In this document: positions 18,087 to 26,466 of the stretch, one piece after another
How the letters are laid out: every line of letters begins with the position of its first letter
Numbering within the stretch: position 1 is the first letter of the stretch
NCBI GenBank assembly: GCA_016196035.1
Contig: JACPYM010000099.1
Location: 869 to 64,868, forward strand
Direction: 5' to 3'
DNA: 64,000 nucleotides
Origin: Acidobacteriota bacterium
GTDB lineage: Bacteria; Acidobacteriota; Blastocatellia; RBC074
The notes under the pieces: model-generated
Database searches by the model: none
Seen by the model: the letters and a program-made list of their open reading frames with translations, nothing else
What the model was told of the DNA's origin: nothing
Program-made: the position numbers and the translations under genes

Positions 18087-18581
18087 TCACGGCAAACTGT
18101 CATTCAACACCCGCGCCGTTTGATCTTCCCGAAATTGTTTCAACTTCGCACGCAACTCAGGCCGCGCATTTGCCAGGATCGCCACCGCCAGCAGCGCCGC
18201 ATTGGTCGCGCCAGCCTTGCCAATCGCCAGCGTGCCCACGGGAATCCCGCCGGGCATCTGCACAATCGAAAGCAGCGAATCCATGCCTTTGAGCGCGTGA
18301 CTTTCGACCGGCACGCCCAGCACCGGCAAGACCGTGTGCGCCGCCGTCATGCCCGGCAGATGCGCCGCGCCACCGGCTCCGGCGATGATGACTTCGAGGC
18401 CGCGCGCTTCGGCACTGGCGGCGAATTCGACTAGCAGGTTGGGCGTGCGATGCGCCGAGACGATGCGGCATTCGTGCGGCACGGCGAATTGCGTCAGCAT
18501 TTCGGCGGCGTGGCGCATAGTCTCCCAATCGGATTTGCTGCCCATGATGATGGCGACGAGTGGTTGCGATTGTTCGGTCAT
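18087..18581 (-). CDS. purE: N5-carboxyaminoimidazole ribonucleotide mutase (PurE).
   Basis: 164 aa with the typical PurE sequence ([11 protein letters not shown]... [14 protein letters not shown]... [17 protein letters not shown]). ATG at 18581. Confidence 0.9.
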   Translation of the reverse strand: MTEQSQPLVAIIMGSKSDWETMRHAAEMLTQFAVPHECRIVSAHRTPNLLVEFAASAEARGLEVIIAGAGGAAHLPGMTAAHTVLPVLGVPVESHALKGMDSLLSIVQMPGGIPVGTLAIGKAGATNAALLAVAILANARPELRAKLKQFREDQTARVLNDSLP

Positions 18582-18699
18582 ACGTGATTATTGTTTGCCT
18601 CAGGCGACCAGCGACTCTACATGCGCCAGCCGGTCTTCAATGCTGATGGGTAGTGGGATAAAGTTGTATTGCTGCCTGACGACAAGCACACCCTGCACA

Positions 18700-18775
18700 A
18701 GTCTCCCACGAAGACACACGAAGGAGGCACGAAGATTCCGCACTTCTTCGTGCCTGCTTCGTGTGTCTTCGTGGG
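18700..18775. repeat. Long near-perfect hairpin built from CACGAAG-type units, about 30-bp arms.
   Basis: cccacgaagacacacgaaggaggcacgaag ... cttcgtgcctgcttcgtgtgtcttcgtggg. Lies in the divergent purE / gntR intergenic region. Confidence 0.7.
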
Positions 18776-19064
18776 AGAAGTCCTGCGGCATGTCGGCAAC
18801 ACAACTTTAGCCCACCAGCAAAAGTTGCCGGTCGGTTAGAGCGCCGGTTAGGTCTTTGGTATTGTCGTTTTCGTTCATCGCAGTTTTCCTTTCTTGCTGA
18901 GTTGCCCGCCAGCAATTATTTTTCGCGACGAAGTATACGAATCAAGCTCGCATTTGCCCAGCACTCGGCGAAATCGCGTCAACCACTCATACCAGCCACA
19001 AAATTCCTTGCAACCCGACTTGTACCATTGTCGTAGTACAAGCCGACAAGTTAAGCTTAACCTG

Positions 19065-19472
19065 ATGGAAGACCGGTTCAATCTCATTTTCGATTTGCGG
19101 CCCAACGATCCGCTGCCGCTGTATGCGCAGTTGGAGCGGGCGATTCGACACGCCATCGCCACCGAAAAGTTGCGCGTGGGCGACCAGTTGCCGACCGTCC
19201 GGCAACTGGCAGTCGAGTTGCGCATCAACGCCAACACGGTCGCCAAGGTTTACACCGAGTTGGAGCGCGCCGGGTTGCTGGAAACGCGGCGCGGGGTCGG
19301 GACATTTGTCAGAGCACGCGAGGCGGCTTTGATGCTCTTCACCAAACGACGCGACCGTGAGCGGGAACTGCGCGCGCTCGCGGATCGCTTTGTGGCCGAG
19401 GCTGCGGTACTCGGCTTTTCACTCGACGACATGCTTGAATACCTGTCGAGTCAGCGCACCAAAGGAGAATAA
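19065..19472 (+). CDS. Short GntR-family transcriptional regulator (winged HTH).
   Basis: ATG at 19065. LPTVRQLAVELRINANTVAKVYTELERAGLLETRRGVGTFV is a typical GntR HTH. Confidence 0.8.
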   Translation: MEDRFNLIFDLRPNDPLPLYAQLERAIRHAIATEKLRVGDQLPTVRQLAVELRINANTVAKVYTELERAGLLETRRGVGTFVRAREAALMLFTKRRDRERELRALADRFVAEAAVLGFSLDDMLEYLSSQRTKGE

Positions 19473-19476
19473 ACAC

Positions 19477-20424
19477 ATGGCAAATCTTAGTTTGTCAGGC
19501 AGTAATCAGATCACCCAATCCGTTAAAGGGCCGCGCATGAACGTCGTGTCGGTGCTGCTCTTGCTGGCGCCCCTGCTGCTCGGCGCGGGTGTGAGCGCGT
19601 TATTACTAAATCCAATCGGCCTGATACTGGGCGCGCTGGTGGGCGTGCTGGCGATGCAAGCGCCCAAGATCGCCAATCAATGGGAACGCGCGGTGGTTTT
19701 GCGCTTAGGCCGTTATCAGGGTTTGAAAGGGCCGGGCCTGTTCTGGATCATGCCGTTGATTGATAAGATTCCGACCTGGGTTGATCAACGCATCATCACT
19801 ACCAATTTCGCCGCCGAACAGACGCTCACTTCCGACACCGTGCCGGTCAACGTGGATGCGGTGCTGTTCTGGATGGTGTACGACCCTGAAAAGGCCGCGC
19901 TGGAAGTGCAGGATTACGCGCAGGCCGTCAGTTGGGCTTCGCAGACGGCGTTGCGCGACATCATCGGGCGCACGGCGCTAACCGAGTTGCTGCGCGGGCG
20001 CGAACGCATCGAAGACGAATTGCAGCGGCTGATTGACGAACGCACCAACCCCTGGGGCGTCACGGTGCAATCGGTCGAGATGCGCGACATCGTGATCCCC
20101 GACGCATTGCAAGATGCGATGTCGCGCGAGGCGCAGGCTTCGCGCGAAAAACAAGCGCGCATCATTCTCGCCGAGGCCGAAGTCGAGATTGCCAACAAGT
20201 TCATGGAAGCGGCCAAGTCATATCACAACAACCCAACGGCGCTGCACCTGCGCGCGATGAATATGCTCTACGAGGGCTTGAAGGAGAAGGGCGCGATGAT
20301 GATCGTGCCGAGCACGGCGGTCGAATCTATGGGCATGGGCGGGTTTATCGGCGGCGCGGCGCTGCGGCAGCAAGAGCTGGCGCAAGGCCAGGGCGAGCGC
20401 TCCCGCCTGCAACCGGTCGAGTAA
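19477..20424 (+). CDS. SPFH/band-7 (stomatin/slipin-like) membrane protein.
   Basis: ATG at 19477 with AAAGGAGA RBS. N-terminal TM segment then an SPFH core (ERAVVLRLGRYQG...GPGLFWIMPLIDKI...). Starts 5 bp after the gntR stop. Confidence 0.8.
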   Translation: MANLSLSGSNQITQSVKGPRMNVVSVLLLLAPLLLGAGVSALLLNPIGLILGALVGVLAMQAPKIANQWERAVVLRLGRYQGLKGPGLFWIMPLIDKIPTWVDQRIITTNFAAEQTLTSDTVPVNVDAVLFWMVYDPEKAALEVQDYAQAVSWASQTALRDIIGRTALTELLRGRERIEDELQRLIDERTNPWGVTVQSVEMRDIVIPDALQDAMSREAQASREKQARIILAEAEVEIANKFMEAAKSYHNNPTALHLRAMNMLYEGLKEKGAMMIVPSTAVESMGMGGFIGGAALRQQELAQGQGERSRLQPVE

Positions 20425-20495
20425 TTGCGGTGGTAACTTCATTGGGATTGCGGCTAAGCGCGGCGGCAATCCCTTTTTCTTTTGCAGGAGGCCTA

Positions 20496-20963
20496 ATGCC
20501 AAAACAAGCTACCTTTTTGGGGAATTGGGTCTGGCTATTTCCCCTCACCTACCTTGTTCATATCGCCGAAGAATATGCCGGCGGCTTTTATCATTGGATG
20601 GCGCGTGTTGTCGGCGCGGAATTGAGCGCCCAAACCTTTCTGAGTTTGAATGCAATCTTTTGGGTGGTGATGACGGCGGCGGTCACCATTGCGGTCTGGA
20701 CGCAGGCTGCTGACTGGTTGATGGTCGCGTTGGGCGCGGTCGTGTTGATCAACGGCTCAGCGCACACCATTGGCAGCCTCATCACGCGATCCTATTCACC
20801 GGGCCTGCTTTCCGGGCTGTGTTTGTGGGCGCCGCTCGGTGTCTGGACGTTGCGGCGTGCGTGGCGCAGTCTGCCGCGCGGCCAGTTTTCTGCTGGCGTG
20901 TTGGCCGGAATCGCTTTGCACGGCCTGGTGTTTCTGCTCGCGCTCAAGGCAACCAAGTCATGA
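20496..20963 (+). CDS. HXXEE-domain membrane protein.
   Basis: ATG at 20496 with GGAGG RBS. HIAEEY motif and four predicted TM helices. Confidence 0.55.
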   Translation: MPKQATFLGNWVWLFPLTYLVHIAEEYAGGFYHWMARVVGAELSAQTFLSLNAIFWVVMTAAVTIAVWTQAADWLMVALGAVVLINGSAHTIGSLITRSYSPGLLSGLCLWAPLGVWTLRRAWRSLPRGQFSAGVLAGIALHGLVFLLALKATKS

Positions 20964-21439
20964 CGTTCTTCAAGACATTCCTGTTTACGCTGCTGGTGCC
21001 GTGCACGGTGACAATCTGGATTCCCGCGCGGTTGCTCGCGGCGGAACAGCTTCGGTCAGGCGGCCAGTTTGGCGTGCTCCGCGCCGGCGGCTTGTTGCTG
21101 ATGTGTCTGGGCGCTGCCATTTATTTGCAATGCGCCTGGGACTTCACCTTCACGGGCAAAGGGACGCCCGCGCCCATTGACCCGCCCAAAGAATTGGTGG
21201 CGCGCGGGCTGTACCGTTACACGCGCAATCCAATGTATGTCGGGGTGCTCAGCGTGTTGCTGGGGGAAGCGTGGTGGTGGGCGGCCAAGGAATTACTGGC
21301 CTATGCGGCGCTGGTCGCCTTGCTGTTCTACTGTTTCGTCATCCTGTATGAGGAGCCGGTTTTGCGGCGACAGTTTGGCGCGGCCTACGAAAAGTATTGT
21401 CAAACCGTGCCGCGCTGGCTGGGGCGGCGCAGGGTATGA
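20960..21439 (+). CDS. Membrane methyltransferase of the PEMT/ICMT (phospholipid / isoprenylcysteine carboxyl methyltransferase) family.
   Basis: ATG at 20960 overlaps the upstream stop (ATGA). The C-terminal consensus GLYRYTRNPMYVGV...EEPVLRRQFGAAYEKYCQTVPRWL matches the ICMT/PEMT signature (RHPxY...EE..L...FG..Y..Y...V.R). Confidence 0.65.
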   Translation: MTFFKTFLFTLLVPCTVTIWIPARLLAAEQLRSGGQFGVLRAGGLLLMCLGAAIYLQCAWDFTFTGKGTPAPIDPPKELVARGLYRYTRNPMYVGVLSVLLGEAWWWAAKELLAYAALVALLFYCFVILYEEPVLRRQFGAAYEKYCQTVPRWLGRRRV

Positions 21440-21449
21440 ACCAGCCTGT

Positions 21450-23228
21450 TCAATAAGCGTGCGCGGTCAGCGTCAGAAAATGCGCATCCAACGCGGTGAT
21501 TTGCGCCTGCACGTAGCGATTGACCTCGGCGGGCGTCGTCAGTTTGACCGCGTGCAGCGCAATTTCCTGCGCTTTGCTGAGATGCAACGAGCGAACGAGG
21601 CGACGGATGGCCGGAATGGCTGCCGGTGTCATGCTCAAATCGGTGAAACCCAAACCCAGGAGCACAATGCATTGCGCCGGGTTCGAGGCCATTTCACCAC
21701 AGACATTGACCGGGATTTGCAGCTTGTGCGCGGCCTCGGCGACATATTGCAGCGCGCGTAAAACAGCCGGATGCAGCGAATCAAACAAGGCGCTGACGTT
21801 CTCGTTGCCACGATCCACCGCCAATAAACTCTGGGTCAGATCGTTGGTGCCGAGGCTGAAAAAATCGGCTTCGCGCGCCAGCGGTTCGGCCATGATGACG
21901 GCGGCAGGCAATTCGATCATCACGCCGATTTCTACGTCTTCGATATGTTTGACGCTGTCGTGGCGCAGGTCGCGTTCGACTTCGGCGATAATCTGTTTGG
22001 CCTGGCGCAATTCGTCGAGGTTTGAAACGAAGGGCAGCAGGATTTTGAGTTTGCCGTGCTGGGCGGCGCGCAAAATGGCGCGCACCTGGGTGCGGAAAAC
22101 ATGTTGGACCGCCAGCGACAACCGGATTGAACGCAGCCCCAGCGCCGGGTTGCGTTCGGGTTTGAAGCCTTCCAATTGCAATTTATCACCGCCCAAATCA
22201 AAGGTGCGAATGTTCGCGCCATACTCGCCGGTCATTTCCGCCAGCAGTTTATAGGCCTCGTACTGCTCGTCTTCCGAAGGCAAGCCATTCGAGTACAAAA
22301 ACTCCGAGCGGTACAGCCCAACACCCGTGGCGTTGAAGCGATGAAAGACTTCGATCTCTTCGAGCAATTCGAGATTGGCGCGCAAGGCGATCTGTTGACC
22401 ATCGCGTGTGACGGCGGGCAATTCGCGCTCTTCGATGTAAGTGAGTTGCTGCTGTTTTTGCAGCTCCTGCTGTTCGCTGTAAAAGCGCAACGTTTCCGGC
22501 GAAGGGCGCAGGATGACCGTACCCGTCGTGCCATCCACGATGAGGGTTTCGCCGGAGCGCGCGCGTTGCGTGATGTCGCGCAAACCAACGATAGAGGGGA
22601 TGTTCAAGCTGCGGGCAATGATCGAGGTGTGCGACGCCATGCCGCCGGAGTTGGTCACGAAACCCAACACCCGTTTGGTGTCGAGCTCCGCCGCCGCCGA
22701 GGGCAGTAAATCATCGGCAATGACGATGGAATTATCAGTGCGCAATTTGAGGTCGTGTGATTTGTCGCCCGACAGAATTTTGATCAGCCGGTGTGCAATA
22801 TCGGCCACATCGCTGCTGCGTTCACGCAAATAATCGTCGGCAATTTGGACGTACAGTTCGATCAGATGATTGGTCACATCGCGCACGGCCCATTCGGCGT
22901 TGGCGTGGTGTTCGCGAATGAAGTTCTCGATCTGTTGCGCCAGATGCTCGTCTTCCAGCATCACCAGGTGCGCGTCGAAGATGAAGGAATGCTCTTCGCC
23001 AAGCGCCGCTTGCAAGCGCTCTTTGGCCTCGCGCACCTGTGTTTGAGCTTGTTGCAAGGCATGGCGAAAGCGGCCAACTTCGGCGTCCAGTTCTTCACTT
23101 GGCAAAACCGCTCGCACGATGCGCCCGCGCGGATCGTCCACCAGAAAGGCCCGGCCAATCGCCACGCCCTGACAAACGCCGATGCCTTCCAACCGCTCTT
23201 CGCGGAATTTGCGATGAATGGTTTTCAT
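21450..23228 (-). CDS. ptsI: Phosphoenolpyruvate-protein phosphotransferase (PTS enzyme I).
   Basis: PEP-utilizing enzyme signature GGMASHTSIIARSLNIPSIVG plus the C-terminal TIM-barrel region. Start placed at ATG 23228 (MKTIHRKF...). Confidence 0.9.
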   Translation of the reverse strand: MKTIHRKFREERLEGIGVCQGVAIGRAFLVDDPRGRIVRAVLPSEELDAEVGRFRHALQQAQTQVREAKERLQAALGEEHSFIFDAHLVMLEDEHLAQQIENFIREHHANAEWAVRDVTNHLIELYVQIADDYLRERSSDVADIAHRLIKILSGDKSHDLKLRTDNSIVIADDLLPSAAAELDTKRVLGFVTNSGGMASHTSIIARSLNIPSIVGLRDITQRARSGETLIVDGTTGTVILRPSPETLRFYSEQQELQKQQQLTYIEERELPAVTRDGQQIALRANLELLEEIEVFHRFNATGVGLYRSEFLYSNGLPSEDEQYEAYKLLAEMTGEYGANIRTFDLGGDKLQLEGFKPERNPALGLRSIRLSLAVQHVFRTQVRAILRAAQHGKLKILLPFVSNLDELRQAKQIIAEVERDLRHDSVKHIEDVEIGVMIELPAAVIMAEPLAREADFFSLGTNDLTQSLLAVDRGNENVSALFDSLHPAVLRALQYVAEAAHKLQIPVNVCGEMASNPAQCIVLLGLGFTDLSMTPAAIPAIRRLVRSLHLSKAQEIALHAVKLTTPAEVNRYVQAQITALDAHFLTLTAHAY

Positions 23229-23272
23229 TGGTTCGCCTGCGCTGGCAGCCGCGCGTGTACGGTTGCTGACGC

Positions 23273-23548
23273 TCACTCTTCGCCAAACTTGCCCGCGATC
23301 AAAGCGCACAAGGCTTCGAGCGCCGCCGCTTCATCTTCACCCTCAGTCACAACTTCCAATTCGGTGCCCTGAGCTGCCGCCAGCAACAGGACATTGAAGA
23401 TACTTTTGGCATCTGCCGTCTGATGCCGCGCATCCGTGCGCGCCAGAACGGCGTGGCTGCGAAACCCAGCAGCCACGCGCACAAGCTTGGCCGCCGCTCG
23501 CGCATGCAGCCCCAACCGGTTCGTAATGGTAATAGTGCGCTGTTGCAT
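23273..23548 (-). CDS. ptsH: Phosphocarrier protein HPr / NPr.
   Basis: MQQRTITITNRLGLHARAAAKLV... contains the His-15 motif GLHARAA. ATG at 23548. Confidence 0.85.
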   Translation of the reverse strand: MQQRTITITNRLGLHARAAAKLVRVAAGFRSHAVLARTDARHQTADAKSIFNVLLLAAAQGTELEVVTEGEDEAAALEALCALIAGKFGEE

Positions 23549-23553
23549 AGATC

Positions 23554-23574
23554 GAATGCGGAATGCGGAATGCG
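23554..23574. repeat. (GAATGCG)3 heptamer tandem repeat, the inverted partner of the repeat at 23817.
   Basis: Direct reading of the sequence. It is the reverse complement of the CAATCCG-type unit family. Confidence 0.7.
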
Positions 23575-23649
23575 GATTTGTCATCACCACTCAAGGTTTT
23601 TGCGCGCCAAAATTTAGATCGGTTTGCAATTGCGTTTATGGGAGCGCGT

Positions 23650-23760
23650 TGTGCCGGGACGGTACCGCGCGCGTGAGCAAGCGGCACCTCAAGCTGACGC
23701 CGTTGGCCGAACCGCCCAGGCTCCGCTTGCTCACGCGCGCGGTACCGTCCCGCTGCGCGG
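23650..23760. repeat. MITE-like palindromic element (copy B): cgggacggtaccgcgcgcgtgagcaagcgg ... ccgcttgctcacgcgcgcggtaccgtcccg.
   Basis: 30-bp perfect terminal inverted repeats. Same core as 6757-6900. Confidence 0.75.
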
Positions 23761-23816
23761 CTTTTCCCAAACACTGATGTGAAACCTGATCTAGGACGAG
23801 ATTGCAGTCCTTGTAT

Positions 23817-23863
23817 CAATCCGCAATCCGCAATCCGCAATCCGCAATCCGCAATCCGCAATC
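23817..23863. repeat. (CAATCCG)6 heptamer tandem repeat abutting the EIIA stop codon.
   Basis: Six perfect units plus a partial seventh. Confidence 0.85.
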
Positions 23864-24281
23864 ATTTCACCGGTGTGAGCACTTCGCTGGCCAGGTAGAT
23901 GTTTTTTTGACCTTGATCCCGCACGCGGCGCGCAATGATCGCCAGCGTTTCGCCGGGTTGCTGGTCGGCCAATTTGATAATCATCGGCAGATTGACGCCA
24001 GTGACGACTTCGATTTCGACGTTCGGTTTTTCGCCCAGAAAGGTACACGCCAGGTTCGTCGGCGTACCGCCAAACATATCGGTCAGCACCAGGACGCCGC
24101 CGCCTTCGCTGACGCGGTCAATCGCCTTTTCGATCTCTTTGCGGGCGATAGCCACGTCATCGTGCCAGCCAATCGAAACCGCCGTGATGTGCCGTATGTC
24201 CCCGACAATCGTTTCAGCGGCGCTGACCAATTCCGTAGCTAAATTGCCGTGCGTGACGACCACGCCTCCAACCAATGGCAT
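23862..24281 (-). CDS. PTS EIIA component, mannose/sorbose (EIIA-Man) family.
   Basis: VVVTHGNLA ... LTDMFGGTPTN ... GVNLPMII match the EIIA-Man signature (phospho-His in THG; DxxGGSP; GxNxPM). ATG at 24281. Confidence 0.75.
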   Translation of the reverse strand: MPLVGGVVVTHGNLATELVSAAETIVGDIRHITAVSIGWHDDVAIARKEIEKAIDRVSEGGGVLVLTDMFGGTPTNLACTFLGEKPNVEIEVVTGVNLPMIIKLADQQPGETLAIIARRVRDQGQKNIYLASEVLTPVK

Positions 24282-24289
24282 AAGAGACC

Positions 24290-24411
24290 TCAAACTTCGG
24301 ACTTCGGACTTCAGACCTCAGACCTCAGGTTTCAGACCTCAGACAAACTGATTCAACGGCTTCCCGCCGAACAAAAGTCTGAGGTCTGAAGTCTGAAGTC
24401 TGAAGTCTGAC
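24290..24411. repeat. Heptamer tandem repeats (GACTTCG / GACCTCA) arranged as an inverted pair (cttcggacttcggacttcagacctcagacctcag ... gtctgaggtctgaagtctgaagtctgaagtctga).
   Basis: Direct reading. Fills the EIIA / rapZ intergenic gap. Confidence 0.8.
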
Positions 24412-24414
24412 AAC

Positions 24415-25275
24415 TCATTTCTTCACGTCCCGGTGCATCACACGCGCGTGATAGCCGGTTTGATTCAAATGTTGCCCTAACGCATTGGCAACCGCGACGG
24501 AGCGGTGTTTGCCACCCGTGCAGCCGACGCCGATGGTGACGTAACTTTTGCCTTCGCGTTTATAGAGCGGCATCAGGTAATCAAGCAGCCCGCTAAACCG
24601 GTTGATCGTCTCGCGGGCGTCTTCGGTATTTTGCAGGTATTCGATGACCGGTTGATCGTTGCCCGTCAGTTCGCGCAATTCAGGCACGAAGTACGGATTC
24701 GGCAAAAAGCGCACGTCAAACAACAAGTCCGCATCGAGCGGCACGCCATACTTGTAGCCAAAGCTCAAGACGTTCAACTCCATCTCGGCTTCGGTGTTCT
24801 CAGGGGTAAAGCGTTTCTTCAAAAACGCCCGCAAGGAATGAACATTGTGATCGGAGGTATCCACCACGACATCGGCCAAACCGCGAATCGGGGCCAGCTT
24901 TTCGCGCTCTTCCTGAATCGCTTCGAGTACGCGGCCTTCGCCCAAGGGATGCGGACGGCGCGTTTCGCTGTAGCGGCGTTGCAGAGCGGCATCGCTGGCT
25001 TCCAGAAAAACCACGGTCAATTCCAGATCATTGCGCCCATGCAGTTGCGAATAGACTTGCGGAAAGCTATCCAGAAAGCGGCCCTCGCGGATATTCACGC
25101 CAAGCGCCGCCCGCGTAATGTTCGATTCTTTGTGTTTGAACAAATTGACGAAACTGGGAATCAACTCAACTGGCAGATTGTCTACGCAAAAGTAGCCCAG
25201 GTCTTCAAAGACATTCATCGCTGACGACATGCCAGAGCCGCTCAAGCCGGTGATGATGATGAGTTGTGGCGTCAT
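24415..25275 (-). CDS. rapZ: RNase adapter protein RapZ (YhbJ-type P-loop NTPase).
   Basis: MTPQLIIITGLSGSGMSSAMNVFEDLGYFCVDNLP matches the RapZ N-terminus (Walker A plus the conserved YCVDNLP). Confidence 0.9.
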   Translation of the reverse strand: MTPQLIIITGLSGSGMSSAMNVFEDLGYFCVDNLPVELIPSFVNLFKHKESNITRAALGVNIREGRFLDSFPQVYSQLHGRNDLELTVVFLEASDAALQRRYSETRRPHPLGEGRVLEAIQEEREKLAPIRGLADVVVDTSDHNVHSLRAFLKKRFTPENTEAEMELNVLSFGYKYGVPLDADLLFDVRFLPNPYFVPELRELTGNDQPVIEYLQNTEDARETINRFSGLLDYLMPLYKREGKSYVTIGVGCTGGKHRSVAVANALGQHLNQTGYHARVMHRDVKK

Positions 25276-25378
25276 GAGTAGTCAGTAGTCGGTAGTCGGT
25301 GTCGGTAGCGATCAAGCAGTCACGAGTGCGTAGCTGGCAAAATGCTGACTGCTGACTACCGACTACCGACTACTCTTT
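25276..25378. repeat. Heptamer-based (AGTAGTC/GGTAGTC) tandem repeats as an inverted pair in the hpf / rapZ gap.
   Basis: gtagtcagtagtcggtagtcggtgtcggtagc ... gctgactgctgactaccgactaccgactactc. Confidence 0.8.
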
Positions 25379-25912
25379 TCAGGGTTCGATCAAGCCGTAA
25401 TTGCCATCCTTGCGTTTGTACAGGACGCCGATACGCTCGGTCTCGGCATCCCGGAAGACGATGAATTGATCGGGGCTGTCAGCCACTTGAATGACCGCCT
25501 CTTCGGGCGTCATCGGTTTAACGGCGTATCGCCGCGAACGGATCACGCGCGGCGCGGCGCGTTCCAGAGTTGCGGACGGCACCGGGCTGGGAGCCACGGC
25601 TTTGACCGAAGGCGCATGATGTTTGCGGTCAACGATCTTGCCTTTGAGCTTGATGATTTGGCGGCGCAATTTATCAATGGCTTGCGTGCTCGACAAATAC
25701 ATGTCCGCCGAATCGGCCGTCGCTGTTAGCGCGTGATGATGCCAGTTAACAACGATTTCCGCGACGTGGCGATGATGCTTTTCCACGCTCAGAATGATAT
25801 GGGCTTTATCAGTGCCGTTCAGGAATTCTTCGACTTTTTTGAAGTGTTCGTTGATGTGTTTTTTGATGGCTGGCGAGACATTGAAATTACGTCCGGTGTA
25901 TTCGATTTTCAT
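25379..25912 (-). CDS. hpf: Ribosome hibernation promoting factor (long HPF).
   Basis: [30 protein letters not shown]... is a typical HPF/RaiA N-domain plus the long-form C-terminal dimerisation domain. GAGGAGG RBS. Confidence 0.9.
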   Translation of the reverse strand: MKIEYTGRNFNVSPAIKKHINEHFKKVEEFLNGTDKAHIILSVEKHHRHVAEIVVNWHHHALTATADSADMYLSSTQAIDKLRRQIIKLKGKIVDRKHHAPSVKAVAPSPVPSATLERAAPRVIRSRRYAVKPMTPEEAVIQVADSPDQFIVFRDAETERIGVLYKRKDGNYGLIEP

Positions 25913-26289
25913 CCCGTTTCCTCCTCAAGGTTTGGATCAACGCTTGGGTAGCGCTTGGGCTTAGTTAGAAACTGGTTGGAGTTGGCCTGTTCCGGTTGAG
26001 CGCACAGAACAAGGTCGTGGTGCAGTGATTTTTGTCGAATTGGATTTGAAATTTGAATTGCATGCCGTAGTGGCGACTGTTGCATGCCGGCGGCAAGACT
26101 TGCTTCCCCCTTTCCAAATGGATCATGTGAGCGATGGCAACTCATCGGCGACCTACACAACTCATCTAAGTCGCTTCGAACGCATTGTGGCAGATGCGTG
26201 GTGAGAACTCAAAACGCCTGCTTCATCTTCAGGAAGCTGCGCGGACATTGAAGAATCGCGTTGGTTTCACCAATGCGCTCGTGGGCACT

Positions 26290-26345
26290 CCGCCAACCAA
26301 AGCAAAAAGGGCAAATGCCTGTGAAAGGAAATTTGCCCTTTTGCG
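26290..26345 (-). terminator. Rho-independent terminator for the giant adhesin gene (read on the minus strand: aaagggcaaat-loop-atttgccctttttgctttgg).
   Basis: 11-bp stem with a 14-nt loop, followed on the minus strand by TTTTTGCTTTGG. A second GC-rich hairpin lies at 26415-26446. Confidence 0.5.
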
Positions 26346-26466
26346 GTTGATTATTGCCCCTGCCTGCTTCGGTCATTTACACGACCGGCACAAGCGAAAA
26401 AGCCTTTATCGGAAGTGGGCGGCCAGTCAGTGAGAACCGACTGGCCGCCGTGAACTTAAGCCGACA

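Noticed and set aside
24282-24293. Upstream TTG start for the EIIA gene (ORF track start 24293), and likewise for the adhesin (34710) and 61889-63937 (63937).
   Set aside because: The track writes M for TTG or GTG starts. In-frame ATG codons with better context (24281; 34686 with AAGGAGAG) are preferred. For the CHAT gene the frame simply continues past the window edge.
23554-24411. The possibility that the heptamer tandem arrays are a CRISPR array.
   Set aside because: Units are 7 nt with no unique spacers, and the arrays are arranged as inverted complements. No cas genes are present, so these are not CRISPR.
25913-26160. 83-aa minus-strand ORF (25909-26160) upstream of hpf.
   Set aside because: It overlaps the hpf RBS and promoter region, has no RBS of its own and is Pro/Ser/His-rich. 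Likely non-coding leader.
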